DNA from: an uncultured Muribaculaceae bacterium
GTDB taxonomy: Bacteria > Bacillota_I > Bacilli_A > RF39 > UBA660
Length of the DNA stretch: 36,189 nucleotides
Direction: 5' to 3'
Assembly: GCA_964526205.1 (NCBI GenBank)
Contig: CAZGKC010000002.1
Location: 1 to 36,189, forward strand
Shown here piece by piece: positions 9,178-15,487 of the stretch (positions are counted from its first letter, which is position 1; each line of letters starts with the position of its first letter). A model generated the notes under the pieces. It was not told the origin of the DNA. It made no database searches and saw nothing but the letters and a program-made list of their open reading frames with translations. Position numbers and translations under genes: made by a program.

Positions 9178-9763
9178 TTTTCCACTTACTAATTGAAAGA
9201 CCATCACCAATATCTTTAAATTCAGTATCAAATTCCGTATTATTCTTTAAGAATTCTACATATCCTTCAATCTTTTCTACTAAACTTTTCAAATTACCTT
9301 TATCAAGTTTATTAGAACCTCCAACATAACCATGAAACTTAATATTATCCGTAATAATAACTCCTCCTGGATTTAAGAAATTCTTATATTTTTCAAAAAA
9401 CTTTGTATATTGTCCCTTAGCAGCATCAATAAATATTAAATCATATTTCAGCTCTTCCGATAAATTAAGTTCCAAAGCATCTTGAAAAACCACATTAATC
9501 TTCTTTTCTAAACCACATTTCTTTACATTCTTAAGACATTCCATATATCTTACTTCATCTCTTTCAATGGTTGTAACAACACAATTAGCACTGCTTGATG
9601 CCATCAATATAGCAGAATATCCAATCGCACTACCAATTTCTAATACACTTTTAACATTATGTTCCTTAATATATTTCATAATATATGCAATTGATGCTTT
9701 CTCAATAATTGGCACATTATTATCAATTGCATATTGTTCCATTTCTTTAATTTGTTCTTTCAT
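9170..9763 (-). CDS. trmR: Class I SAM-dependent O-methyltransferase, YrrM/TrmR-like (ho5U to mo5U tRNA methyltransferase family)
   Basis: SAM motif VLEIGSAIGYSAILMA, DLIFIDAAKGQY and GGVIITDN; conserved position after mltG. ATG at 9763 is preceded by AGGTGG. Confidence 0.75.
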   Translation of the reverse strand: MKEQIKEMEQYAIDNNVPIIEKASIAYIMKYIKEHNVKSVLEIGSAIGYSAILMASSSANCVVTTIERDEVRYMECLKNVKKCGLEKKINVVFQDALELNLSEELKYDLIFIDAAKGQYTKFFEKYKNFLNPGGVIITDNIKFHGYVGGSNKLDKGNLKSLVEKIEGYVEFLKNNTEFDTEFKDIGDGLSISKWKNE

Positions 9764-9775
9764 AAAAATTACCAC

Positions 9776-10834
9776 CTATCCATAAATTCTCTTAAATTCT
9801 AAAAACTCGTCATAAGACTCTGTAAAATGAACATTACCATCACTATCAGCATAAAAATATTTATAATTAGTATCACTTGGATTTAATACAGCTTCAATTG
9901 ATTCCAGTGAAGGATTACAAATCGGTCCTGCAGGCAAGCCAACTAATGTAGATCTTGTATTATAAGGATTAACATCATTTAAATCAGCAAAACTAAGTTC
10001 AACTTTATTACCATCATCATCTTTATAATCTTTTTGAACTCCATAATACGCTGTAACATCCATCCCCAAGCTCATACCTTCATCTAATCTCGTATATATG
10101 ACTTGAGCAACACTCCTTCTATCCTCTTCATTTAATGCTTCTTTCTCCACAATACTAGCCATAGTTAATACTTCATGCATACTATAACCACTATCTTCCA
10201 CCATACTTAGGATATTCTTAAACTTACTATTAGATACATCTAAAATTCTTTTAATTACATCTTCAATACTAGAATCAGTATAGAAATTATAAGTCTCCGG
10301 ATATAAATAACCCTCCAAAGGATAATAAATATCTTCATCTAATATATCATCGGTCAAAAAGTCATAACTACTAATTAACTCCTGTAAATAGCTAAAATCA
10401 TTTATTTTATTTAAAGCATCATCATAATCCAGACCCAAAGTATTACAGATTAACTCCAAATCTTTTTTTAAAGTAAACCCCTCGGGAAATGTAATATTAA
10501 CTGTTTCTTTATCTTGACGAATAACTTCACCATTTGCCAGAGACTTAATAATATCTTTGGTACTCATATCTCGGGAAAACCCATAAGAACCAGCTTGTAA
10601 ATTATTATTCCCTGAAATAACTATATAAAACAATGTAACATATTTACTTCTAATTAAATTAGCATCTTTTAAATTACTTACAATTACATCTTTTCTCTCT
10701 CCACTATTAACTACAAACGTTACATTAGCATTACTTTTACTAACTGGTGATAATAATATTATAACTGTAATAACACCAACAATTAATAAAGCACCAATAA
10801 CACCTAAGCCAATCCATAAACCTTTCTTTTTCAT
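9776..10834 (-). CDS. mltG: Endolytic murein transglycosylase MltG (YceG family)
   Basis: N-terminal TM helix, LysM-like region and YceG core (YLYPETYNF, ASIVEKEA, VIYTRL, YNTRSTLVGLPAGPICNPS). Confidence 0.9.
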   Translation of the reverse strand: MKKKGLWIGLGVIGALLIVGVITVIILLSPVSKSNANVTFVVNSGERKDVIVSNLKDANLIRSKYVTLFYIVISGNNNLQAGSYGFSRDMSTKDIIKSLANGEVIRQDKETVNITFPEGFTLKKDLELICNTLGLDYDDALNKINDFSYLQELISSYDFLTDDILDEDIYYPLEGYLYPETYNFYTDSSIEDVIKRILDVSNSKFKNILSMVEDSGYSMHEVLTMASIVEKEALNEEDRRSVAQVIYTRLDEGMSLGMDVTAYYGVQKDYKDDDGNKVELSFADLNDVNPYNTRSTLVGLPAGPICNPSLESIEAVLNPSDTNYKYFYADSDGNVHFTESYDEFLEFKRIYG

Positions 10835-11094
10835 TTTTCCTCCAACTTATTCATTTTAGATTGTACTTGTAATAATATACTATCTAAAAGTTCAAGTATC
10901 TTTTCTTCTTTAATTGGTATCAATTTTTGCTTTCCTAAATCATCTTCATATTTCGAAGCATAGCAAATTAAATCACCACAATTATTAACTTCATCTTTTG
11001 TATAAATAATATAACATTCACTTCCCATTTCCACTTTAACCAGTGTTCTATATTCTTCCTTCTTATCATTTTTTAAAACAACAACTTTATTCAT
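10831..11094 (-). CDS. DUF1292 family protein (YrzB-like)
   Basis: ~87 aa acidic protein between ruvX and mltG, as in Bacillus yrzB. ATG at 11094 is preceded by AAAGGAAG; TGA stop in an ATGA overlap with mltG. Confidence 0.7.
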   Translation of the reverse strand: MNKVVVLKNDKKEEYRTLVKVEMGSECYIIYTKDEVNNCGDLICYASKYEDDLGKQKLIPIKEEKILELLDSILLQVQSKMNKLEEK

Positions 11095-11509
11095 CAATAT
11101 TCTTCCTTTTTAAAAAACTTTCTAAAATTAATACTGCAGATAATATATCCGTTTTATGCTTTTTATTAATTTTCTTTAAACCATTATCTTTCATAATATT
11201 TAAAGCTTCTACTGTAGTAAGTCTTTCATCTTCTAAATAAACCTTAACTCCAGCCTCTTCCAACATATTCTTAAAATTAATGCTTCTCTTAGCAGCAAAC
11301 CCTAAACTATTATCCATATTCTTAGGTAATCCTAGCACAACTTCCTTTATACCATATTTTTCACATATATCAAGAACTTTCTTTAACGCCAAATCATAAT
11401 TCTCAGAATCAAACTCAATTAACTCTAAACCACTAGCAAGAGTATTTGTCTTATCACTAATTGCTACACCTAAACTCTTCGTACCTAAATCTAATCCTAA
11501 ATAACGCAT
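11087..11509 (-). CDS. ruvX: Holliday junction resolvase-like / pre-16S rRNA nuclease RuvX (YqgF)
   Basis: MRYLGLDLGTKSLGVAISD..., VVLGLPKNMDNS and DERLTTVEA motifs. Confidence 0.9.
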   Translation of the reverse strand: MRYLGLDLGTKSLGVAISDKTNTLASGLELIEFDSENYDLALKKVLDICEKYGIKEVVLGLPKNMDNSLGFAAKRSINFKNMLEEAGVKVYLEDERLTTVEALNIMKDNGLKKINKKHKTDILSAVLILESFLKRKNIDE

Positions 11510-11754
11510 TATTTCTCCAAGTAAGCATTGATAATAGCCATTAATACTTCACTTCGATCATACTCTTTAATCTTTCTTCGAGCATTATTAAATGAAGTAA
11601 TATAATTAGCATCACCACTTAAAAGATAACCAACAATTTGATTAGTAGCATTATAACCTTTAAACTCTAAAGCTTCAATTACTTCATTAATAGTCATTAA
11701 AATAAGTTCTTGTCTTAATTCTTTAACATTAAAAATTGTCGTTTTATTATCCAT
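11509..11754 (-). CDS. ireB: IreB/UPF0297 (DUF965, YrzL-like) small regulatory protein
   Basis: 81 aa, ...VIEALEFKGYNATNQIVGYLLSGDANYITSFNNARRKI...; first gene of the yrzL-ruvX-yrzB-mltG arrangement. Confidence 0.8.
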   Translation of the reverse strand: MDNKTTIFNVKELRQELILMTINEVIEALEFKGYNATNQIVGYLLSGDANYITSFNNARRKIKEYDRSEVLMAIINAYLEK

Positions 11755-11792
11755 ATCAATACTCCCACGAACTTCAAAATAAGTTCATACTA

Positions 11793-11821
11793 ATTTTAAC
11801 AAATAATATTATCTTTTTCAA
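11793..11821 (-). promoter_or_regulatory. Sigma-A type promoter for the ireB operon (TTGAAA-17-TGtTAAAAT)
   Basis: Minus strand: TTGAAA (11816-11821), 17 nt, TAAAAT (11793-11798) with an upstream TG. Lies between the ncRNA terminator and the ireB SD (GGGAG). Confidence 0.5.
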
Positions 11822-11825
11822 TAGC

Positions 11826-12023
11826 AAAGAAAAACATACACCCGAAAGTATATGTTATTTCAATAATTGGAGTGCCAAAAACAGCAGAATTTAAAATTGT
11901 TTATAATTAAAAGAAAACTTTAATACTATATTGTAGGAACTATAAGACTATAATTAAAAATTATAGAAAGGTTTGTAAAAGAGTTAATGATTAACAAACA
12001 ATTTAAACAATTCCTGCACTCCG
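11826..12023 (-). ncRNA. Candidate ~200-nt structured ncRNA, rod-like and 6S-RNA-like, with its own promoter and terminator
   Basis: Minus strand: extended -10 TGgTATCAT (12030-12038). The transcript starts near GCGGAGUGCAGGAAUUGUUUAAAUUGUUU... A long imperfect closing helix pairs that 5' end with ...AAACAAUUUUAAAUUCUGCUGUUUUUGGCACUCC (for example 12016-12022 with 11869-11875). There are internal hairpins, for example CUAUAAUU-UUU-AAUUAUAG. The unit ends in a terminator AACAUAUAC-uuucgg-GUGUAUGUU + UUUUCUUU (11826-11856). No ORF. Confidence 0.4.
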
Positions 12024-12044
12024 CTTATAATGATACCAATAAAT

Positions 12045-12077
12045 TGTGAAATTTATGTGAAGTTTTTGTGAAATTTA
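12045..12077. repeat. Three tandem 11-bp direct repeats (TGTGAAATTTA / TGTGAAGTTTT / TGTGAAATTTA)
   Basis: TGTGAA recurs at 12045, 12056 and 12067, exactly 11 bp apart. The array lies between the divergent ncRNA promoter and the tRNA promoter. Confidence 0.85.
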
Positions 12078-12138
12078 CTAATAATTTTATGTTTTTCTTA
12101 TTTAATATATCATTTTTACAAAACTTTTTAAAAAAATA

Positions 12139-12167
12139 TTGCAAGAACTTTGGACTTATGTTATTAT
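12139..12167 (+). promoter_or_regulatory. Sigma-A type promoter for the tRNA pair (TTGCAA-17-TGtTATTAT) preceded by A/T tracts
   Basis: TTGCAA 12139-12144, 17-nt spacer, TATTAT 12162-12167 with an upstream TG. The tRNA 5' end lies 15 nt downstream. Confidence 0.6.
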
Positions 12168-12181
12168 TAATACTGTGTTAA

Positions 12182-12258
12182 GGACCTCTAGCTCAGTTGG
12201 TTAGAGCATCCGGCTCATAACCGGGCGGTCATAGGTTCGAGTCCTATGAGGTCCACCA
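12182..12258 (+). tRNA. tRNA with anticodon CAU (elongator type; likely tRNA-Ile2/lysidine rather than Met), encoded CCA
   Basis: Cloverleaf by hand: acceptor GGACCUC/GAGGUCC, D stem GCUC/GAGC, anticodon stem UCCGG/CCGGG, loop CUCAUAA, T stem AUAGG/CCUAU with UUCGAGU loop, then A-CCA. G1-C72 is paired, so it is not an initiator. Confidence 0.93.
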
Positions 12259-12264
12259 TTATAT

Positions 12265-12349
12265 GCACGCGTGGCGGAATTGGCAGACGCGCTAGACTTA
12301 GGATCTAGTGGATATATCCGTGGGGGTTCAAGTCCCTTCGCGTGCACCA
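12265..12349 (+). tRNA. tRNA-Leu (anticodon UAG), long variable arm, encoded CCA
   Basis: Acceptor GCACGCG/CGCGUGC, anticodon stem CUAGA/UCUAG with loop CUUAGGA, long variable arm (GUGGAUAUAUCCGU), T loop UUCAAGU, then A-CCA. Confidence 0.93.
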
Positions 12350-12360
12350 AAGTAAAATTA

Positions 12361-12389
12361 AAAACGACTAATTAAGTCGTTTTTGTTTT
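12361..12389 (+). terminator. Rho-independent terminator after the tRNA pair
   Basis: AAAACGACU-aauua-AGUCGUUUU followed by UGUUUU. Confidence 0.55.
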
Positions 12390-12400
12390 AAATATAAACC

Positions 12401-12443
12401 AAAAGGACTTAAGTAACCCCCTTAACTTAAGCCCTTTTCTTTT
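12401..12443. terminator. Bidirectional hairpin terminator between the tRNA unit and the convergent orphan ORF
   Basis: GGACTTAAGT (12405-12414) pairs with ACTTAAGCCC (12425-12434) with one mismatch. T-tracts on both sides: TTTTCTTTT on plus, TTTT on minus. Confidence 0.6.
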
Positions 12444-12445
12444 AC

Positions 12446-12868
12446 TTATTTATTATCATGTAACATATTAAGTAAATCAATTTTAAACATATCCTTTTCG
12501 GCATTTGCTTTAGAAATCATTATACCTTTATAGGTTGTAAGTTCACTTCTATGTCCTTCTAATAATATATCAGAAGGAGTAATAGTTTCTAATACAACTA
12601 CTTCATCTTTTTTATGAACAGTATATACTAGCTTAACATCACCATGAATTTGTGCAAACATCTTATCACTTGGTAACTTCAATTCATAGGTTTCTGTTCC
12701 ATTCTTCTTATTAACTGAAACTAATTCCCCTACAAAATTTCCATTTCTAAGTGCAGGATAATAATCAAAGTTTAATTTCTTAAAGGCTAACATATTATAT
12801 TTCTTTAAAGCCCTTTCCAATTTCTTAAACTCATTTTCACAAACGTATTCTAAGACATATCCTTTCAT
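12446..12868 (-). CDS. Hypothetical 140-aa protein; weak RelE/ParE-like beta-strand motif (KLVYTVHKKDEVVVLETI...GHR)
   Basis: ATG at 12868 is preceded by a G-rich SD (AGGGGG). The track's longer ORF (to 13018) reads through two consensus promoters, so it is rejected. No family recognised with confidence. Confidence 0.6.
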   Translation of the reverse strand: MKGYVLEYVCENEFKKLERALKKYNMLAFKKLNFDYYPALRNGNFVGELVSVNKKNGTETYELKLPSDKMFAQIHGDVKLVYTVHKKDEVVVLETITPSDILLEGHRSELTTYKGIMISKANAEKDMFKIDLLNMLHDNK

Positions 12869-12901
12869 TCTTCCATACCCCCTAATTACTCGAATAATAT
12901 A

Positions 12902-12930
12902 ATTATACCACATACTACATTTTCTGTCAA
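12902..12930 (-). promoter_or_regulatory. Consensus extended -10 sigma-A promoter P2 (TTGACA-N14-TGgTATAAT)
   Basis: Minus strand: TTGACA 12925-12930, 17-nt spacer ending in TGG, TATAAT 12902-12907, ~34 nt upstream of the ATG at 12868. Confidence 0.7.
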
Positions 12931-12976
12931 ATCTGTGTAAATCTATCATATTCGTAGTATTTACATTTGTGCTTAA

Positions 12977-13005
12977 ATTATACCAGATAAATATCCATTT
13001 GTCAA
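12977..13005 (-). promoter_or_regulatory. Consensus extended -10 sigma-A promoter P1 (TTGACA-N14-TGgTATAAT), 75 bp upstream of P2
   Basis: Minus strand: TTGACA 13000-13005, 17-nt spacer ending in TGG, TATAAT 12977-12982. Confidence 0.7.
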
Positions 13006-13018
13006 ATATTTGTATCAT

Positions 13019-13570
13019 TTATGATACTTTAAACTTATTATATACCCAATATAAGCCCAAAACAACCAACAAAACTAATACTATTTTACTATATTTATTT
13101 AAAATATTAGCAAACATCAACCAATTATCACCCAACAATGCTCCAGCATTAACCAAAATAAAATTCCACCCCCAAGAACCAAGTAAGGTATAAATCAAAA
13201 ACTTTCTAAAAGGCATCTTCTTTCTACCCGCTGGAATCGATATCAAACTTCTCACAATAGGAATAAATCTCCCCCAAAATACTGCCTTATAACCATATTT
13301 TATAAAAACATTATTAGTTTTATTCATATCATTATCTTTTATTTTAAATAAAGTACCCATGTAATATAAAATAATTGCTCCAACCAACGAACCAATAGTA
13401 GCAAACAAGATAACTCCCCAAGTACTTAAATTACTGTAAGTCGTTAAAAAACCTCCGAAGGTAAGTATTACCTCGGAAGGTATCGGTGGAAATAAATTTT
13501 CCAAAGCAATAAGCATAAATATCCCCAGATATCCCCACTTATTCATAATATTCAAAACCAAATCCCCCAT
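13019..13570 (-). CDS. dedA: DedA family (SNARE-associated/VTT domain) membrane protein
   Basis: LGIFMLIALENLFPPIPSEVILTFGG..., GRFIPIVRSLISIPAG motif and multiple TM helices. AGGAGAA SD. Confidence 0.85.
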   Translation of the reverse strand: MGDLVLNIMNKWGYLGIFMLIALENLFPPIPSEVILTFGGFLTTYSNLSTWGVILFATIGSLVGAIILYYMGTLFKIKDNDMNKTNNVFIKYGYKAVFWGRFIPIVRSLISIPAGRKKMPFRKFLIYTLLGSWGWNFILVNAGALLGDNWLMFANILNKYSKIVLVLLVVLGLYWVYNKFKVS

Positions 13571-13581
13571 AATGTTCTCCT

Positions 13582-13830
13582 TTAAACAAACAACTTAACA
13601 ATAGTTTCTCCTAAATTCCAATTATTAAGATAAAACTTTTCTACATCTTTATTAACAGCAAGCACTCTATGTACTTCTTTCGTTAAAATATTTGTACTTT
13701 TACCATGGATAATAATTATATATTCATTTTTAAGTTTTTTATTATCATTTATAAATTGATTTACTAAAACTTCCACCATTGCTACAACTTCACCATGTAA
13801 ATCTAGTCTAGGTGTTTTACTAGTTATCAT
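13582..13830 (-). CDS. Small stand-alone Smr domain protein
   Basis: 82 aa with LDLHGE... and IIIHGKSTNILTKEVHRVL, typical of the Smr/MutS2 C-terminal domain. ATGA overlap with the upstream pfkB-family gene. Confidence 0.7.
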   Translation of the reverse strand: MITSKTPRLDLHGEVVAMVEVLVNQFINDNKKLKNEYIIIIHGKSTNILTKEVHRVLAVNKDVEKFYLNNWNLGETIVKLFV

Positions 13831-14798
13831 GCAGGTTCTTGCCCATTACCCTCTGAACTTTGATTATCAGCAGTTCCAGAAGGAGCATTATTAGCACCAG
13901 TAACTTTTGTATAATAATCTAATACATCTGATAAACTAGGAATAGAAAGCCTAGAACCAATCTTGCCTACAGATAATCCAGCAGCAATATTAGCAATCGT
14001 TATTGTTTTTTCCATATCAAACCCATTAGCAAGTCCATAAGTAAACGCTCCATGGAATATATCTCCAGCTCCAGTAGTATCAACCGCTTGTACCTTTAAC
14101 CCAGGCATAATTTTAATTTCATTTCCTACTTGATACATAGCACCCATGGACTCTAGCGTAATTGTAATACTGGCATTAGGATACTTATCTTGTAATTTAT
14201 TATAAACCATAACTAAACTATTAGGATTAGTAAAATCAAACTTTAAACCCGTAACAGTTTCAGCAAAATCTTTACTACAAACAATATATTTAGTATATTT
14301 ACATAATTCTAATATCTCGGGAGTAGTTCTACCCGCATCAATAATACTAATAGCATTTTGATAAGCACTAATAGCATTTTGACTAGCACCATAATCATGC
14401 CCATCCGTAAATATAATATCAGGAGTAAAATCATAAGTTAACTTCTTTAACATTGGATGTTCTGTAGCTACATTAAAAATAGTTCTAAGACCATTTTGCT
14501 TATTTATTAATATAAAAGAAAGAGAAGTATCTTTATCATAAGTAGTCTCCAAATAATTAGTATTTACATTAACACTTTGAAATTCTTTCTTAATCTTTTC
14601 TCCAAAATCATCAGAACCAACAGTAGAAGCAATAACGGTATCCATACCCCATTTACCCAGCAAATAAGCGGCATTCCCTGCAGGACCACCACCAGCACTA
14701 TACTTTTCATTAAAACGATACTTAATATTTTCTTCTGGATATTTATCTACCGGTACAGTAATATCCCAACTAGAATGTCCAATACATAAAATTTTCAT
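13827..14798 (-). CDS. PfkB family carbohydrate/nucleoside kinase (ribokinase-like)
   Basis: GGGPAGNAAYLLGKWG (N-terminal GG motif) and DTTGAGDIFHGAFTYGL (anion hole/catalytic Asp). Low-complexity acidic/Gly tail. ATG at 14798 is preferred over the GTG at 14801. Confidence 0.85.
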   Translation of the reverse strand: MKILCIGHSSWDITVPVDKYPEENIKYRFNEKYSAGGGPAGNAAYLLGKWGMDTVIASTVGSDDFGEKIKKEFQSVNVNTNYLETTYDKDTSLSFILINKQNGLRTIFNVATEHPMLKKLTYDFTPDIIFTDGHDYGASQNAISAYQNAISIIDAGRTTPEILELCKYTKYIVCSKDFAETVTGLKFDFTNPNSLVMVYNKLQDKYPNASITITLESMGAMYQVGNEIKIMPGLKVQAVDTTGAGDIFHGAFTYGLANGFDMEKTITIANIAAGLSVGKIGSRLSIPSLSDVLDYYTKVTGANNAPSGTADNQSSEGNGQEPA

Positions 14799-14800
14799 CA

Positions 14801-15439
14801 CTAATCACCAATTGCCTCTTTCTTTAATAATACTTCCACATTCATACTATGATCATAATTTGCAGATTGATCAAAATTTAAATTCAAATAAGTAAGAGTA
14901 AAATTCCATTCTTCTTCTAAAAAGTTCGTACTATCACTGGAAGTAATAACATCACTTGCCACCAAATAAGTCCCGGGAGAAACTGTAGTCATATCGAACC
15001 CTAAACTAGCATCATAAGTAAGTCCACTAATATTAGTAACCTCACTCCCATCAGGTTTTACTACATTTAAAACAATCTCTGGAGTAGTACCATTTGTATA
15101 AACAAAATTATTACTATTAACTCTAATATATACAAAATAATTATAACTAGCAGCATTACCACTATTATTGGCTTTTAATCTCGCTTTAGCAGTAACACTA
15201 TTAACTACATTACTACCATTTTCTGGTAAACTCTCAGGATTAGCATCCAAACTTAAACTACCATCAATACTAAAATTAAATTCATCAACAGTATTAACTT
15301 TACCATTTACATCACTAGTACTAGTATCCCCACCCTGAGCTTTATAAAAAGCATAAGTAACACCTGTAGCAGCAGCAACAACTAAAACTACTCCAATTAC
15401 ACTAACAATTACTAAGAGTTTATTGTTACCATCTTTCAT
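14801..15439 (-). CDS. N-terminally anchored/secreted beta-rich protein of unknown function; junction motif GVTYAFYKAQ resembles SipW-type (TasA/camelysin-like) signal junctions
   Basis: One hydrophobic helix (LLVIVSVIGVVLVVAAATG), then a Ser/Thr/Asn-rich domain. ATG at 15439 or 15445. Confidence 0.55.
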   Translation of the reverse strand: MKDGNNKLLVIVSVIGVVLVVAAATGVTYAFYKAQGGDTSTSDVNGKVNTVDEFNFSIDGSLSLDANPESLPENGSNVVNSVTAKARLKANNSGNAASYNYFVYIRVNSNNFVYTNGTTPEIVLNVVKPDGSEVTNISGLTYDASLGFDMTTVSPGTYLVASDVITSSDSTNFLEEEWNFTLTYLNLNFDQSANYDHSMNVEVLLKKEAIGD

Positions 15440-15487
15440 ATACATCACCCTACTATAAACAAGTATAGCATAATTTTTTAAAAACTC

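Noticed and set aside
11826-12023. Interpretation of the structured RNA as a T-box, riboswitch or attenuator leader of the ireB operon.
   Set aside because: There is no T-box sequence or specifier-loop features. The terminator arms have no complementarity to the 3' strand of the closing helix, so no antiterminator alternative exists. A separate promoter (11793-11821) lies between the terminator and ireB.
12045-12077. Possible CRISPR-like or mobile-element terminal repeat.
   Set aside because: Only three 11-bp units, directly abutting with no spacers. There are no cas genes, transposase or integrase nearby. It fits a regulatory or DNA-bending array better.
12182-13018. A genomic island integrated at the tRNA locus (tRNA followed by an orphan gene).
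   Set aside because: No integrase, no direct repeat of the tRNA 3' end, and no compositional break visible by eye. The flanking genes (dedA, pfkB) look like ordinary chromosome.
12869-13018. Long N-terminal extension of the orphan ORF (track start 13018). Similar extensions occur for greA (7258), the yrrN-like ORF (9231), lon (22152), ORF 22233 (23498), tldD (28146), grpE (30607) and hrcA (31592).
   Set aside because: The extensions run through promoters, CIRCE or upstream genes' ends and lack SD sequences. Internal ATG/GTG codons with good SDs give N-termini that match the families.
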